Source: an uncultured archaeon
GTDB taxonomy: Archaea > Asgardarchaeota > Heimdallarchaeia > Heimdallarchaeales > Heimdallarchaeaceae
Assembly: GCA_964549075.1 (NCBI GenBank)
Contig: CAZJUB010000067.1
Location: 1-14,243, forward strand
Length of the DNA: 14,243 nt
Direction of reading: 5' to 3'
Below are positions 6,899 to 14,243 of this stretch, in pieces (within the stretch, counting starts at the first letter, position 1; every line of letters begins with the position of its first letter). Below the pieces are notes generated by a model. The model did not search any database. It was given only the letters and a program-made list of their open reading frames with translations, and had not been told where the DNA came from. A program made the translations under genes and the position numbers.

Positions 6899-8716
6899 AT
6901 GAATTATAACTTTATTAACTTTCAGACTACAATAAGTGAGCTTGAAAAAAAATGTCAGAAGATGGTGAAAGAGAATGATGTTCCTGGATTGTCAGTTGCT
7001 CTAGTTTCAAGTGACAAAATAGTATGGATGAAAGGTTTTGGATATATCGATAGAAAAAAGGCGAGAGAAGTAGATGAAAATACACGTTTTGCATATTCAT
7101 CAACAGGTAAATCCATAGTTTCTGCAGCAGCAATGAAAGCAGTTCAAGAAGGTTTAATTAATCTTGATGAACCTTTAATAAAGTATTATCCTGAATTTTA
7201 TGTTCAGAGTATTCATGAGAAAGATGCTTATAAGAAAATAACTTTTCGACATTTACTTTCACATTCAGCAGGATTACCTAATGATGGTCCCCCTGGAAGA
7301 GGTTTTGATGAGAATGGAAAAGAATATGATCCCACTTTTGAAGAAAAAATAGCGAGCTTACAGGGATGTTGGTTAACTTTTCCTGTCGGTAGTAGAAAGC
7401 GATATTCGAATTTTGGTTTTGATTTGGCAGCTTATGGTCTTCAGAGAGCAAGCGGGAAAGATTATCCTGAATTCGTTAAGGAGGTTTTAGCAGATCCATT
7501 AGGGATGACTTCGCTAATTTATAAAAGAAAAGAAGCTTTTAAGGAAACTAACACTGCAAGAGGATTTCTCGGAAAATATGAAGCAGTAATTCGTGATAGT
7601 CATGATTATGGTGCAGGAATGCCTTTTCTTTCAGTAAAGGATTTAGCTACTTTTGCACGATTTATATTAGGAAGAGGAAAAATTAATGGAAAAACAATTG
7701 TCAAAGAAGAATATTTGAAAGAGATGCTTAAAGGGGATTATAGTTACGATTTCTTTACTGGAGCTGTATCGAGATTCTCTAGTTATGGTCTAGGAATGTT
7801 TCTGAATAGTATCAATAATAGTATTAAAGTTTGGCATCATCCGGGAGGAGCTTTTGGGTATGCTACTACAATGGTTATGATACCAGAATATGATTTAGGA
7901 GTAGTTATGATGACTAACGACGAATATAATGCGCCAATAACACCTTTAACAGTTGATACAATTAAATCTATGCTAGTAGAATGTGGTTTAACTATCAAAG
8001 AGAAAGAGAATATAGATAGAAGGAAGGATCCTGTTGTAAAAGTAGAAATTGAAGAGTTAAAAAAATTAGAAGGACATTACTCATCTATAGGAGGATCGGA
8101 TATCAAGATAAATTGTAAAGATGGTACTTTGTTCCTTGACCATCACAAACTCACTCCTCATAGTAAAACAGAATTTAGCACAGAAAGACTTCCTGTTGTT
8201 ATATTTGAGGTAAATAGTCAGGGGATACCTGAAAGACTACTCTTTAATCATGTTGAACATGGATGGTGGCCAGCAAATTTTATCAAGAAAATTGAGAACA
8301 TACCAGAACCAAAGAAAATTGATTGGGACAAATTCAAAGGTTTATATATCTGCTATTATTACGGAATTGAAAGAAGCTATTTTGCTATCAAAGAAGGAGA
8401 GACGAGTCTAATCATGAAGAACTTTGATGGTGAGAGAGAACTTTTTGAAAGTGGAGTAAAACCTAATCTCTTCTTCACATTCAATGGTAATGGTTATGAG
8501 TTCAAAGAAGACTTCCTTTTGGTAGGGGGAAATGTTAAAACTTTTAGATACGATAATCCAGTTCTAGATTTGTTAGAATTATCAGAAAAAGAACCTAAAA
8601 GCCGTAATCTTGAGAAATTTGATTTAGAATTCCTAGAAAGTTTGTTAAGATTTCTGGAGAATAATGATGAAGCAGACAGTATCAAGCAACTAATTGAGAA
8701 GATAAATAAAGACTAA
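6899..8716 (+). CDS. Beta-lactamase/AmpC-family (S12-like) serine hydrolase with long C-terminal extension; no signal peptide
   Basis: SxxK (STGK), LLSHSAG, YxN (YSN) and HxG (HPGG) motifs. SD-like GAGGT upstream of the ATG. TATA-like TTTATAAG at 6846-6853. Confidence 0.9.
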   Translation: MNYNFINFQTTISELEKKCQKMVKENDVPGLSVALVSSDKIVWMKGFGYIDRKKAREVDENTRFAYSSTGKSIVSAAAMKAVQEGLINLDEPLIKYYPEFYVQSIHEKDAYKKITFRHLLSHSAGLPNDGPPGRGFDENGKEYDPTFEEKIASLQGCWLTFPVGSRKRYSNFGFDLAAYGLQRASGKDYPEFVKEVLADPLGMTSLIYKRKEAFKETNTARGFLGKYEAVIRDSHDYGAGMPFLSVKDLATFARFILGRGKINGKTIVKEEYLKEMLKGDYSYDFFTGAVSRFSSYGLGMFLNSINNSIKVWHHPGGAFGYATTMVMIPEYDLGVVMMTNDEYNAPITPLTVDTIKSMLVECGLTIKEKENIDRRKDPVVKVEIEELKKLEGHYSSIGGSDIKINCKDGTLFLDHHKLTPHSKTEFSTERLPVVIFEVNSQGIPERLLFNHVEHGWWPANFIKKIENIPEPKKIDWDKFKGLYICYYYGIERSYFAIKEGETSLIMKNFDGERELFESGVKPNLFFTFNGNGYEFKEDFLLVGGNVKTFRYDNPVLDLLELSEKEPKSRNLEKFDLEFLESLLRFLENNDEADSIKQLIEKINKD

Positions 8717-8782
8717 CTTCTCTAAAAAATTCTCTTTTTTTAAAAAATCTTATTTATATAGAAATATTCTTTAGATTTAAGT

Positions 8783-9493
8783 GTGGTTAAGATGAATGAA
8801 GATTATCTTCATTTCCTGAAATACAAAAAAAAACCTTCTCCAACAACCTTGAAAAGATATATAGAGGACTTGAAGATGTTGAAAAAATATATTCAGGATT
8901 TTAAGAACGATAAAGAGATTAACAAAACTACACCACAAGATATTGAAGATTTCTTGTTCTGGTTAAAAGAAAAAGATGACCAAAGAGCATTTTTATGCTG
9001 CAAAGGAATAGCGATATATTTTGAGTTTCTAAAACGATATGATCTGCAAGCTAAAACTGTAGATATAATGTGGGAGCTAAACGAAAAACCATTGTTGTTA
9101 TATAGAATTCTAAATAAGCCAGGTTGGACTGTTTGGTTTCTTTCACAGAAAGGAATAATTAATGTACAGGATATGTTAAAGTACGGAAACACAAAAGAAA
9201 AACGAGAATCGTTAGCAGAAGTGCTTGAAGTTCCTGTTGAAGAAATAACAGAACTAGTAAAAATAGCAGAATTAACAAGAATACCAGGTTTGAAAAGAAA
9301 AAGAGCAAGATTATTCTACAGTTCAGGATTTGACACTCTGAAGAAAATAGCTAACTCTACTTCTCAAGAGATTATTGAAAAAACATCAGAATATATTAAA
9401 AAGTTCGATTTTAAAGGGTGGCCACCTGAAAGAAAGGAAGCTGAAGAAGCTATTAATATTGCAAAAAATCTTCAATCAAGAATAATAGATTAG
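8783..9493 (+). CDS. Fusion of an integrase N-terminal core-binding (SAM-like) domain and a DUF4332 helix-hairpin-helix domain; start GTG 8783 or ATG 8792
   Basis: The N-terminal FLKYKKKPSPTTLKRYIEDLK...INKTTPQDIEDFLFWL matches the Xer/Int core-binding pattern. The C-terminal GIINVQDML...RESLAEVL...AELTRIPGL..KRARLFYSSGFDTLKKIA...PP matches the DUF4332 pattern. TATA TTTATATA at 8753-8760. Confidence 0.8.
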   Translation: MVKMNEDYLHFLKYKKKPSPTTLKRYIEDLKMLKKYIQDFKNDKEINKTTPQDIEDFLFWLKEKDDQRAFLCCKGIAIYFEFLKRYDLQAKTVDIMWELNEKPLLLYRILNKPGWTVWFLSQKGIINVQDMLKYGNTKEKRESLAEVLEVPVEEITELVKIAELTRIPGLKRKRARLFYSSGFDTLKKIANSTSQEIIEKTSEYIKKFDFKGWPPERKEAEEAINIAKNLQSRIID

Positions 9494-9495
9494 GA

Positions 9496-9798
9496 ATGAG
9501 TAGCATGGATGAAGAAGGATTTAGAGAGTTTCAGTTGAAGAAAAAACGAAGCCCAAGAGGTGTTGATATCTATGTTACTATGTTAAAGAAGTACCAGAAC
9601 TTCTTACAAAAACATAAAGGACACAATGAAATAAATTTATCTTCCACTGAAGATTTAATCGCTTTTGGAAAATGGTTGAAGGAAGAAAATTTTCAGCAAA
9701 CAATCATTAATGTCTATAAATTGGCTCTAAAAGATTATTTTATCTATAAAGAAGAAGTGAAATTAGCAGAAATAGTTGAAAATGGATTTAAGAATTGA
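9496..9798 (+). CDS. Stand-alone integrase core-binding (SAM-like) domain protein, paralogous to the N-terminus of the upstream gene
   Basis: FREFQLKKKRSPRGVDIYVTMLKKY...INLSSTEDLIAFGKWLKEENFQQTIINVYKLALKDYF. It starts 2 nt after the upstream stop and has no catalytic R-H-x-x-R-Y domain. Confidence 0.75.
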   Translation: MSSMDEEGFREFQLKKKRSPRGVDIYVTMLKKYQNFLQKHKGHNEINLSSTEDLIAFGKWLKEENFQQTIINVYKLALKDYFIYKEEVKLAEIVENGFKN

Positions 9799-9895
9799 TT
9801 TCTAAATTAATTTTTTATCATCATTTTTTGTTAACAAATTTTTTATAGTCTCACGATAAAGATTCTCTTTGAAGAGTAAGTTGGGGAGTTAGAAA

Positions 9896-10147
9896 TTGTT
9901 TATACAAAAAGAATTAGATAAAATCAGAGAAACAATAAGTGAAATAAAAAAGGAGAATAAATATTTGCTTGATATTCTTGATAGTTTGATGAAGATGATT
10001 GACTATAACAATCAAGAAATTCTGAGATTCAAAAAAACAGAAAATGATAAGGTAGGGGGAGAAAAAGCAAACGGAAGAAAATTAAGAGAATATAACATTG
10101 AACTTATCAGAGTTTGTGAGCAACTGAAAACCTTGAAGAATCAATAA
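9896..10147 (+). CDS. Small charged, probably helical/coiled-coil hypothetical protein
   Basis: TTG start preceded by SD-like GGGGAG (9883-9888) and TATA-like TTTTATAG (9841-9848). Heptad-like L/I spacing, and AT-rich codon usage like the neighbours. Confidence 0.6.
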   Translation: MFIQKELDKIRETISEIKKENKYLLDILDSLMKMIDYNNQEILRFKKTENDKVGGEKANGRKLREYNIELIRVCEQLKTLKNQ

Positions 10148-10217
10148 AAACTAGTAAGTAAATAATTTAGTCATAAAGTGTTGTTTCGAAAAAAATTCAG
10201 TAGAAATTAAGTGAAAA

Positions 10218-10235
10218 AAGATAAATTGTTATCTT
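10218..10235. terminator. Short hairpin between convergent genes
   Basis: AAGATAA-ATTG-TTATCTT is a perfect 7-bp inverted repeat next to an A-tract (T-tract on the minus strand, downstream of the GNAT). Confidence 0.3.
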
Positions 10236-10287
10236 ATAGAATTTAGAAATGTAAATAGTGCTAGTTGAAAATAATGACTATAAGTGG

Positions 10288-11244
10288 TTAGTTGTTCTGA
10301 TCAGCTGCTCTCCATAAGAATCCATGTTTCTGTGAAACTTCTATAAAACCATATTTTTCGTAGAGTTTTATTGCTGATGTATTTGTTATATCTACTTCTA
10401 GATAGCTCTCTTTTATTCCTCGTTTAAACAGGCTCGAAAGAATCTCTTCCATTAACACTTTCCCAAGTCCCTTCCCTCTGTGTTCGGGTAGTACACCTAT
10501 TGGCCCTAGTTCTATAAAACTATCATAATCATGCACACCAGCTATTCCTACAACTTCATCATCTTTCTTGACCACTTTAGCATCATCGGTAAATTGAGTG
10601 TGAAAAGTAAAATTCCAATATTTTGACTCTTCTTCATCTAAACTACTAGTAAAATGATCAGTATCAGTTGCAAAAATGTTCTCATAACAATCTAATAGCT
10701 TATCTCTATCTTGTAGATTCATGGGTTCAACGCGATAATCACTGTCAAGAGTATTAACTTTCAATGTTTCTTCTGTTATCTTATTTTCCATACAAAGAAC
10801 AGTGTGAGTTTGAATCATACCAGAATTAAGGAAATACTCTTTAATTTCAAGATAGGTATCCAAATATTCTTTAGTAGCATCAGTAAAAACACGTACATTA
10901 CTAATATTCTTCTTTGTAGCATAGTTGATACTATAATGAATTAACTTCTGAGCAATCTCTATTTTGTTTATATCTGAGAATATGATAGGGTGATATTCAT
11001 AGAGATTCATGGTACAAGGAATAGCATCTCTTACTCCTAGCCAACCTACTAATTTATCAGATTCATAAGCTAAGAAATTGTTTGTAATGAAGGACTTTAA
11101 GAGAGAATCTATTCTCTTAGTGATTTTGCTTAGTTCTTCCTCTGTTAATTCTCTACCAAGTTCGTTTCTTTTTCGTTCTACATGATGTTGAACTAATTCC
11201 TCTTTATCTAAGGTAGAATTCTCAGACTCTTTGATTATCAGCAT
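10288..11244 (-). CDS. GNAT family N-acetyltransferase (tandem GNAT domains)
   Basis: C-terminal motif A IGVLPEHRGKGLGKVLM and motif B LEVDITNTSAIKLYEKYGF. The N-terminal half is a degenerate GNAT (FLAYESDKLVGWLG). Confidence 0.92.
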   Translation of the reverse strand: MLIIKESENSTLDKEELVQHHVERKRNELGRELTEEELSKITKRIDSLLKSFITNNFLAYESDKLVGWLGVRDAIPCTMNLYEYHPIIFSDINKIEIAQKLIHYSINYATKKNISNVRVFTDATKEYLDTYLEIKEYFLNSGMIQTHTVLCMENKITEETLKVNTLDSDYRVEPMNLQDRDKLLDCYENIFATDTDHFTSSLDEEESKYWNFTFHTQFTDDAKVVKKDDEVVGIAGVHDYDSFIELGPIGVLPEHRGKGLGKVLMEEILSSLFKRGIKESYLEVDITNTSAIKLYEKYGFIEVSQKHGFLWRAADQNN

Positions 11245-11265
11245 GCGAAGGATGTTTATTCAAAC

Positions 11266-11280
11266 ACTTTAAACCTTTTC
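11266..11280 (-). promoter_or_regulatory. Archaeal BRE-TATA promoter of the GNAT gene (probably leaderless mRNA)
   Basis: Minus strand GAAAAGG-TTTAAAGT, with TTTAAA ending 23 nt before the ATG at 11244. Confidence 0.6.
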
Positions 11281-11360
11281 CATAAGATTTGAATCTGTCT
11301 TTTTCTTTATCAGAACCTAAAAACAATTTATTGAGAAAATCCGTAATCTCCACTTTGATA

Positions 11361-11684
11361 CTAGTTTTCAGCTTTAACTTCATAATGCTGAGATCTTGCA
11401 TCAAAACGCGAAAGTAGAGCTCGTGCTTCTGGAGGAACAACAGCTACTTCATAGTCTTCACCTGCAAATGTTCGAACAGCTTCCAACGATTCAAACCACA
11501 TTATTGTAACGAATTCTACTTCATCACCAACATTGCGACGAAGAAGGTGAATTTTCTTAAAGCCTTCAATTTCTCGGTCTATAATACCAATGAAAATTTC
11601 TCTCTTGAGAAGGGACTCATAAGCATCTGCGTTCTCAAAAGTAGTCCAACCATGCCAAATTCGACTTATCATCATAAATTCCAT
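11361..11684 (-). CDS. Antibiotic biosynthesis monooxygenase (ABM)-like dimeric alpha/beta barrel protein; true start possibly ATG 11672 or 11675
   Basis: MISRIWHGWT...ADAYE...LLRR...VEFVTIMWFESLEAVRTFAGEDYEVAVVPPEARALLSRFD...HYEV is the recognisable pattern of this ABM subfamily. Confidence 0.85.
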   Translation of the reverse strand: MEFMMISRIWHGWTTFENADAYESLLKREIFIGIIDREIEGFKKIHLLRRNVGDEVEFVTIMWFESLEAVRTFAGEDYEVAVVPPEARALLSRFDARSQHYEVKAEN

Positions 11685-11763
11685 CTTATCAGCAATTAAT
11701 ATCTATATCATCTTTTTATCTATTTTGGCAATATAAAGAGTATAACAGATGATTTAAATTTCA

Positions 11764-12852
11764 TCAAGTTCTCTTCTTGAAGTTTCTTTTACTCAATTTC
11801 ACTATACTCAATGAGAGTACAATGAATAATAAGAGTGATGTTTGCACTGGATAACTTGCTACGGTTGGTGTTTCATGTCGTTCAACAATTTCCAAAACAA
11901 AGAAGCCTGAAGCACCATCAACTACGAAGATATAATTACCAACTAATTCACAATCATGAGCAGCAACGACATTGTCTCTTTGTTCCGCGATCTTTGAGAT
12001 AACAGGTAATCCAGTAATATCAAATAACTCAACGCCATAATTATCAGCTACAGCCATAACAGTACCATTTCCTCTTACACCAAGTTCTTCTCCTCCATCA
12101 TTATCATAATAACTTCCTAATAAGACGGGAGAAGCAGGAATAGAAATATCAAATACATTAAGACCATTACCATGTTTTCCAGCATACAAGTAATTTTCAT
12201 GAATTGTAAGACATGTAACACCTAATGTAGAAGGGATAACGGATATTCTCACAGGAGTAGAAGGTTCAGTTATGTTGACTACATCAATCCCAATCTGTGG
12301 ATTTGCAATATAGACTATCTCTCCTTTTGCAGCTGTTTGCCAATAATTTCCACCAGTTGAATATTGTGATTCAAGAACAGGATCGCTTTTATTACTTACA
12401 TCATAGATAAACACTCCATTATCATAATCAGTAATAAAAGCTAAATCATCAAGAGCAAAAGCATCGGTTGCTATTGTTGTACTATTATCATGTCCTATAA
12501 TCTCAGGAGAATAGATATCAGTTAAATTTACAATATAAAATCCTGCGTATAAATCTGCAATATAGGCTATTCCTTCAACAACATAAGCACCTAGTGAACC
12601 ATAAGGAAGAGTTACATTCTGGACCATATTAACGTTATTAGGATCACTTACGTTGAAAATTATAAGACCATCATTACCAGTAATATAAGCGTAATTACTT
12701 TCAATTTGAATTGTATATCCAACATCTATATCATATTCATCAACTCTGACTAAATTGAAAGACTGAGCAGATGTAAGAGCTGTAAAGGGGAGTAAAGGCA
12801 GAGTTAGAAGAGTAATGATCACAAAAATAACGATTTTACTTTTCTGAGACAT
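11764..12852 (-). CDS. LVIVD-repeat beta-propeller surface protein with signal peptide and C-terminal TM anchor
   Basis: Seven ~42-aa repeats of the type (N)YAY(I/V)A...G(L/V).I.D(I/V)S.P..P. N-terminal hydrophobic segment after MSQKSK (ATG 12852). C-terminal TM followed by KRNFKKR. Confidence 0.88.
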   Translation of the reverse strand: MSQKSKIVIFVIITLLTLPLLPFTALTSAQSFNLVRVDEYDIDVGYTIQIESNYAYITGNDGLIIFNVSDPNNVNMVQNVTLPYGSLGAYVVEGIAYIADLYAGFYIVNLTDIYSPEIIGHDNSTTIATDAFALDDLAFITDYDNGVFIYDVSNKSDPVLESQYSTGGNYWQTAAKGEIVYIANPQIGIDVVNITEPSTPVRISVIPSTLGVTCLTIHENYLYAGKHGNGLNVFDISIPASPVLLGSYYDNDGGEELGVRGNGTVMAVADNYGVELFDITGLPVISKIAEQRDNVVAAHDCELVGNYIFVVDGASGFFVLEIVERHETPTVASYPVQTSLLLFIVLSLSIVKLSKRNFKKRT

Positions 12853-12983
12853 AACCAAAGAATAGAAAAGATATTTATTAAAAATACGTCAGAATGCAAA
12901 CAGAACTTAAACGCAACAGTAATTTAACATACTTAGAAAAAATTAAAAAAATTGAGAAGGTCTAATCCTTTGAATAATTTTCG

Positions 12984-14243
12984 TCAGCTAGTAAGATCAG
13001 CTATTGTAAAATCAATTAGCTCACTCCAATTTCCTGCTGAACTTTCATAATATACATCAGGGGGAGTGTGAGTCTCTTCGTTGATATCTCCATTCGGAAA
13101 AAGACCTAGCAGGTAGGAAAATCGAATTATTAATTTACTGTTAGGAAGTACAAAATAGGTAGCATCTCCTATTCCGTCACCTCCAGTATTTGTACCATAC
13201 AAAGTAGCAAAACCTGTGTTTTTGCAGAAAACAGCAAAGGATTCAGAAGAAGAAAAGAGTAGCTTATCAATCAATACAGAGATAGTTCCATCGAAATCGA
13301 CAGTATTTGTTGTTCCAATTGTAGTAGATAATTTATAGATTTTTACTTCATCAGATTGTGCTTCAGGAGGTAAATGGTCAAAACTTGACTTTGAAGCTCT
13401 AAAGATCCATCTTCTTTCTCTTGCCATCATATGTGAATAAGTAGCTTTATTGTCAAGAGCAAAATAAGAAGTAGAGGTAGTCTTTTCTTTCAGCAGAGGT
13501 TCTACAATTTCTTGCACCCAGAAATTATCATTTCCCCCAGCATTTCCTCTAAGATCAATAATCAGATGGTCATAGTCAGCAATTGATGCATAAAAAGACA
13601 TTATCTGGGAATGAAGTTCAGGAGTAGGATTAACCATTCCTCCAACTTGCATATAACCAACTTTTTCTGGTACATATCTAGTTGTTGAGACAGTTGGGAA
13701 ATTAGGGTAATATCCTTTCCAATTTACTGATGCATAACTAATAGAATCGTAGGATAAGGTTTTGTTGAAAAAACCTCCAGTAGTGTTTTCAAAGGCGAAA
13801 TCAGTTGAAAAACCGAGATGTTGAGGTCGTAAGAACTCCACATAGTTTCTGCTTCTCGCATAATCGTAGTGAAGATAAGTAACATTGTAACTATTTTCTA
13901 TCAACTCGTGAATAGGCACTCCATTTACAGAGATAACCTTGGAACCAAGCAAGTTAATATCAGTTGAATTCCAAACATCATGAACATTATACTCACCTTT
14001 ATCATAAACCATTAACACATTGTAATTGATTCTATTCAAAGCAAGTAATTGATCATCTCTTTGATACATGAGAGTATTATAGATATCAATCCAATATTGG
14101 TTGGCTTCAACAACTTGCTCACTGAAAATTTCATAATAGGGATATCTATCATCTTCTACGAAATATTGACGTTGTGTAGAGGTATAAGAAGGAGGTACCA
14201 GATAGGTATGGCAGTTTTGTAAAGAAGTAATAGCATCTAGTAT
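12984..14243 (-). CDS. S41 family peptidase (tail-specific/tricorn-like), 5'-truncated by the window
   Basis: LIIDLRGNAGGN, VLIDKLLFSSSESFA (catalytic Ser), YGTNTGG and the PDZ-like GSKVISVNGVPI. The frame stays open for 58 codons upstream of 14069 to the window edge and includes LQNCHTY (L-x-x-x-H-T motif). Confidence 0.92.
   Translation of the reverse strand: MLDAITSLQNCHTYLVPPSYTSTQRQYFVEDDRYPYYEIFSEQVVEANQYWIDIYNTLMYQRDDQLLALNRINYNVLMVYDKGEYNVHDVWNSTDINLLGSKVISVNGVPIHELIENSYNVTYLHYDYARSRNYVEFLRPQHLGFSTDFAFENTTGGFFNKTLSYDSISYASVNWKGYYPNFPTVSTTRYVPEKVGYMQVGGMVNPTPELHSQIMSFYASIADYDHLIIDLRGNAGGNDNFWVQEIVEPLLKEKTTSTSYFALDNKATYSHMMARERRWIFRASKSSFDHLPPEAQSDEVKIYKLSTTIGTTNTVDFDGTISVLIDKLLFSSSESFAVFCKNTGFATLYGTNTGGDGIGDATYFVLPNSKLIIRFSYLLGLFPNGDINEETHTPPDVYYESSAGNWSELIDFTIADLTS

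Noticed and set aside
6899-8716. Antibiotic-resistance beta-lactamase call
   Set aside because: HPG instead of KTG, no signal peptide and a long C-terminal tail fit the broad serine hydrolase/peptidase family instead.
241-9192. Overlapping short ORFs in the track (241..471, 261..512, 539..736, 2129..2332, 2962..3411, 3442..3684, 5113..5343, 5530..5772, 5858..6040, 6927..7133, 8494..8685, 8893..9192)
   Set aside because: They are antisense or alternate-frame shadows of well-supported genes, with no recognisable motifs.
8783-9798. Integrase, prophage or integrative element
   Set aside because: There is no catalytic recombinase domain, and no tRNA/att repeat or phage/plasmid genes in the window.
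10168-10280. Possible MITE bounded by TAGTCAT...ATGACTA
   Set aside because: The inverted match is only 7 bp, with no clear target-site duplication and no second copy in the window.
11222-11440. 72-aa minus-strand ORF bridging the ABM and GNAT genes
   Set aside because: It overlaps both genes out of frame, runs across the GNAT promoter and has no recognisable features.

Overview
AT-rich (~30% GC by spot counts) window that reads like an archaeal genome, probably Asgard/Heimdallarchaeia-like. This assignment is an inference from BRE-TATA boxes about 21-30 nt upstream of start codons, sequon-rich secreted proteins and C-terminal TM+basic tails. In order it holds: a GC-richer (~50%) 3' part of a DMSO-reductase-family molybdopterin oxidoreductase spliced in frame at ~762-779 onto the 3' half of an aldo/keto reductase with an in-frame TAA; a decayed secreted-protein remnant; two convergent TauE/SafE (TSUP) transporters; an MDR/quinone oxidoreductase; a membrane-anchored S8 subtilase; a DinB protein; a long beta-lactamase-family serine hydrolase; a two-gene unit of an integrase core-binding(SAM-like)+DUF4332 fusion and a stand-alone paralogous core-binding domain; a small hypothetical; a GNAT; an ABM-family protein; an LVIVD beta-propeller surface protein; and a 5'-truncated S41 peptidase. 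The best leads are (1) an in-frame UGA in the first TauE at a position I recall as Cys in homologues, with an intact downstream frame (selenocysteine/readthrough versus nonsense or sequencing error), (2) the catalytic-domain-less integrase-CB/HhH gene pair, (3) the chimeric junction and (4) a 21-bp phased operator-like array upstream of the TauE. No RNA genes, CRISPR array or transposase were recognised. Family assignments are from motif recognition by eye, not database searches.
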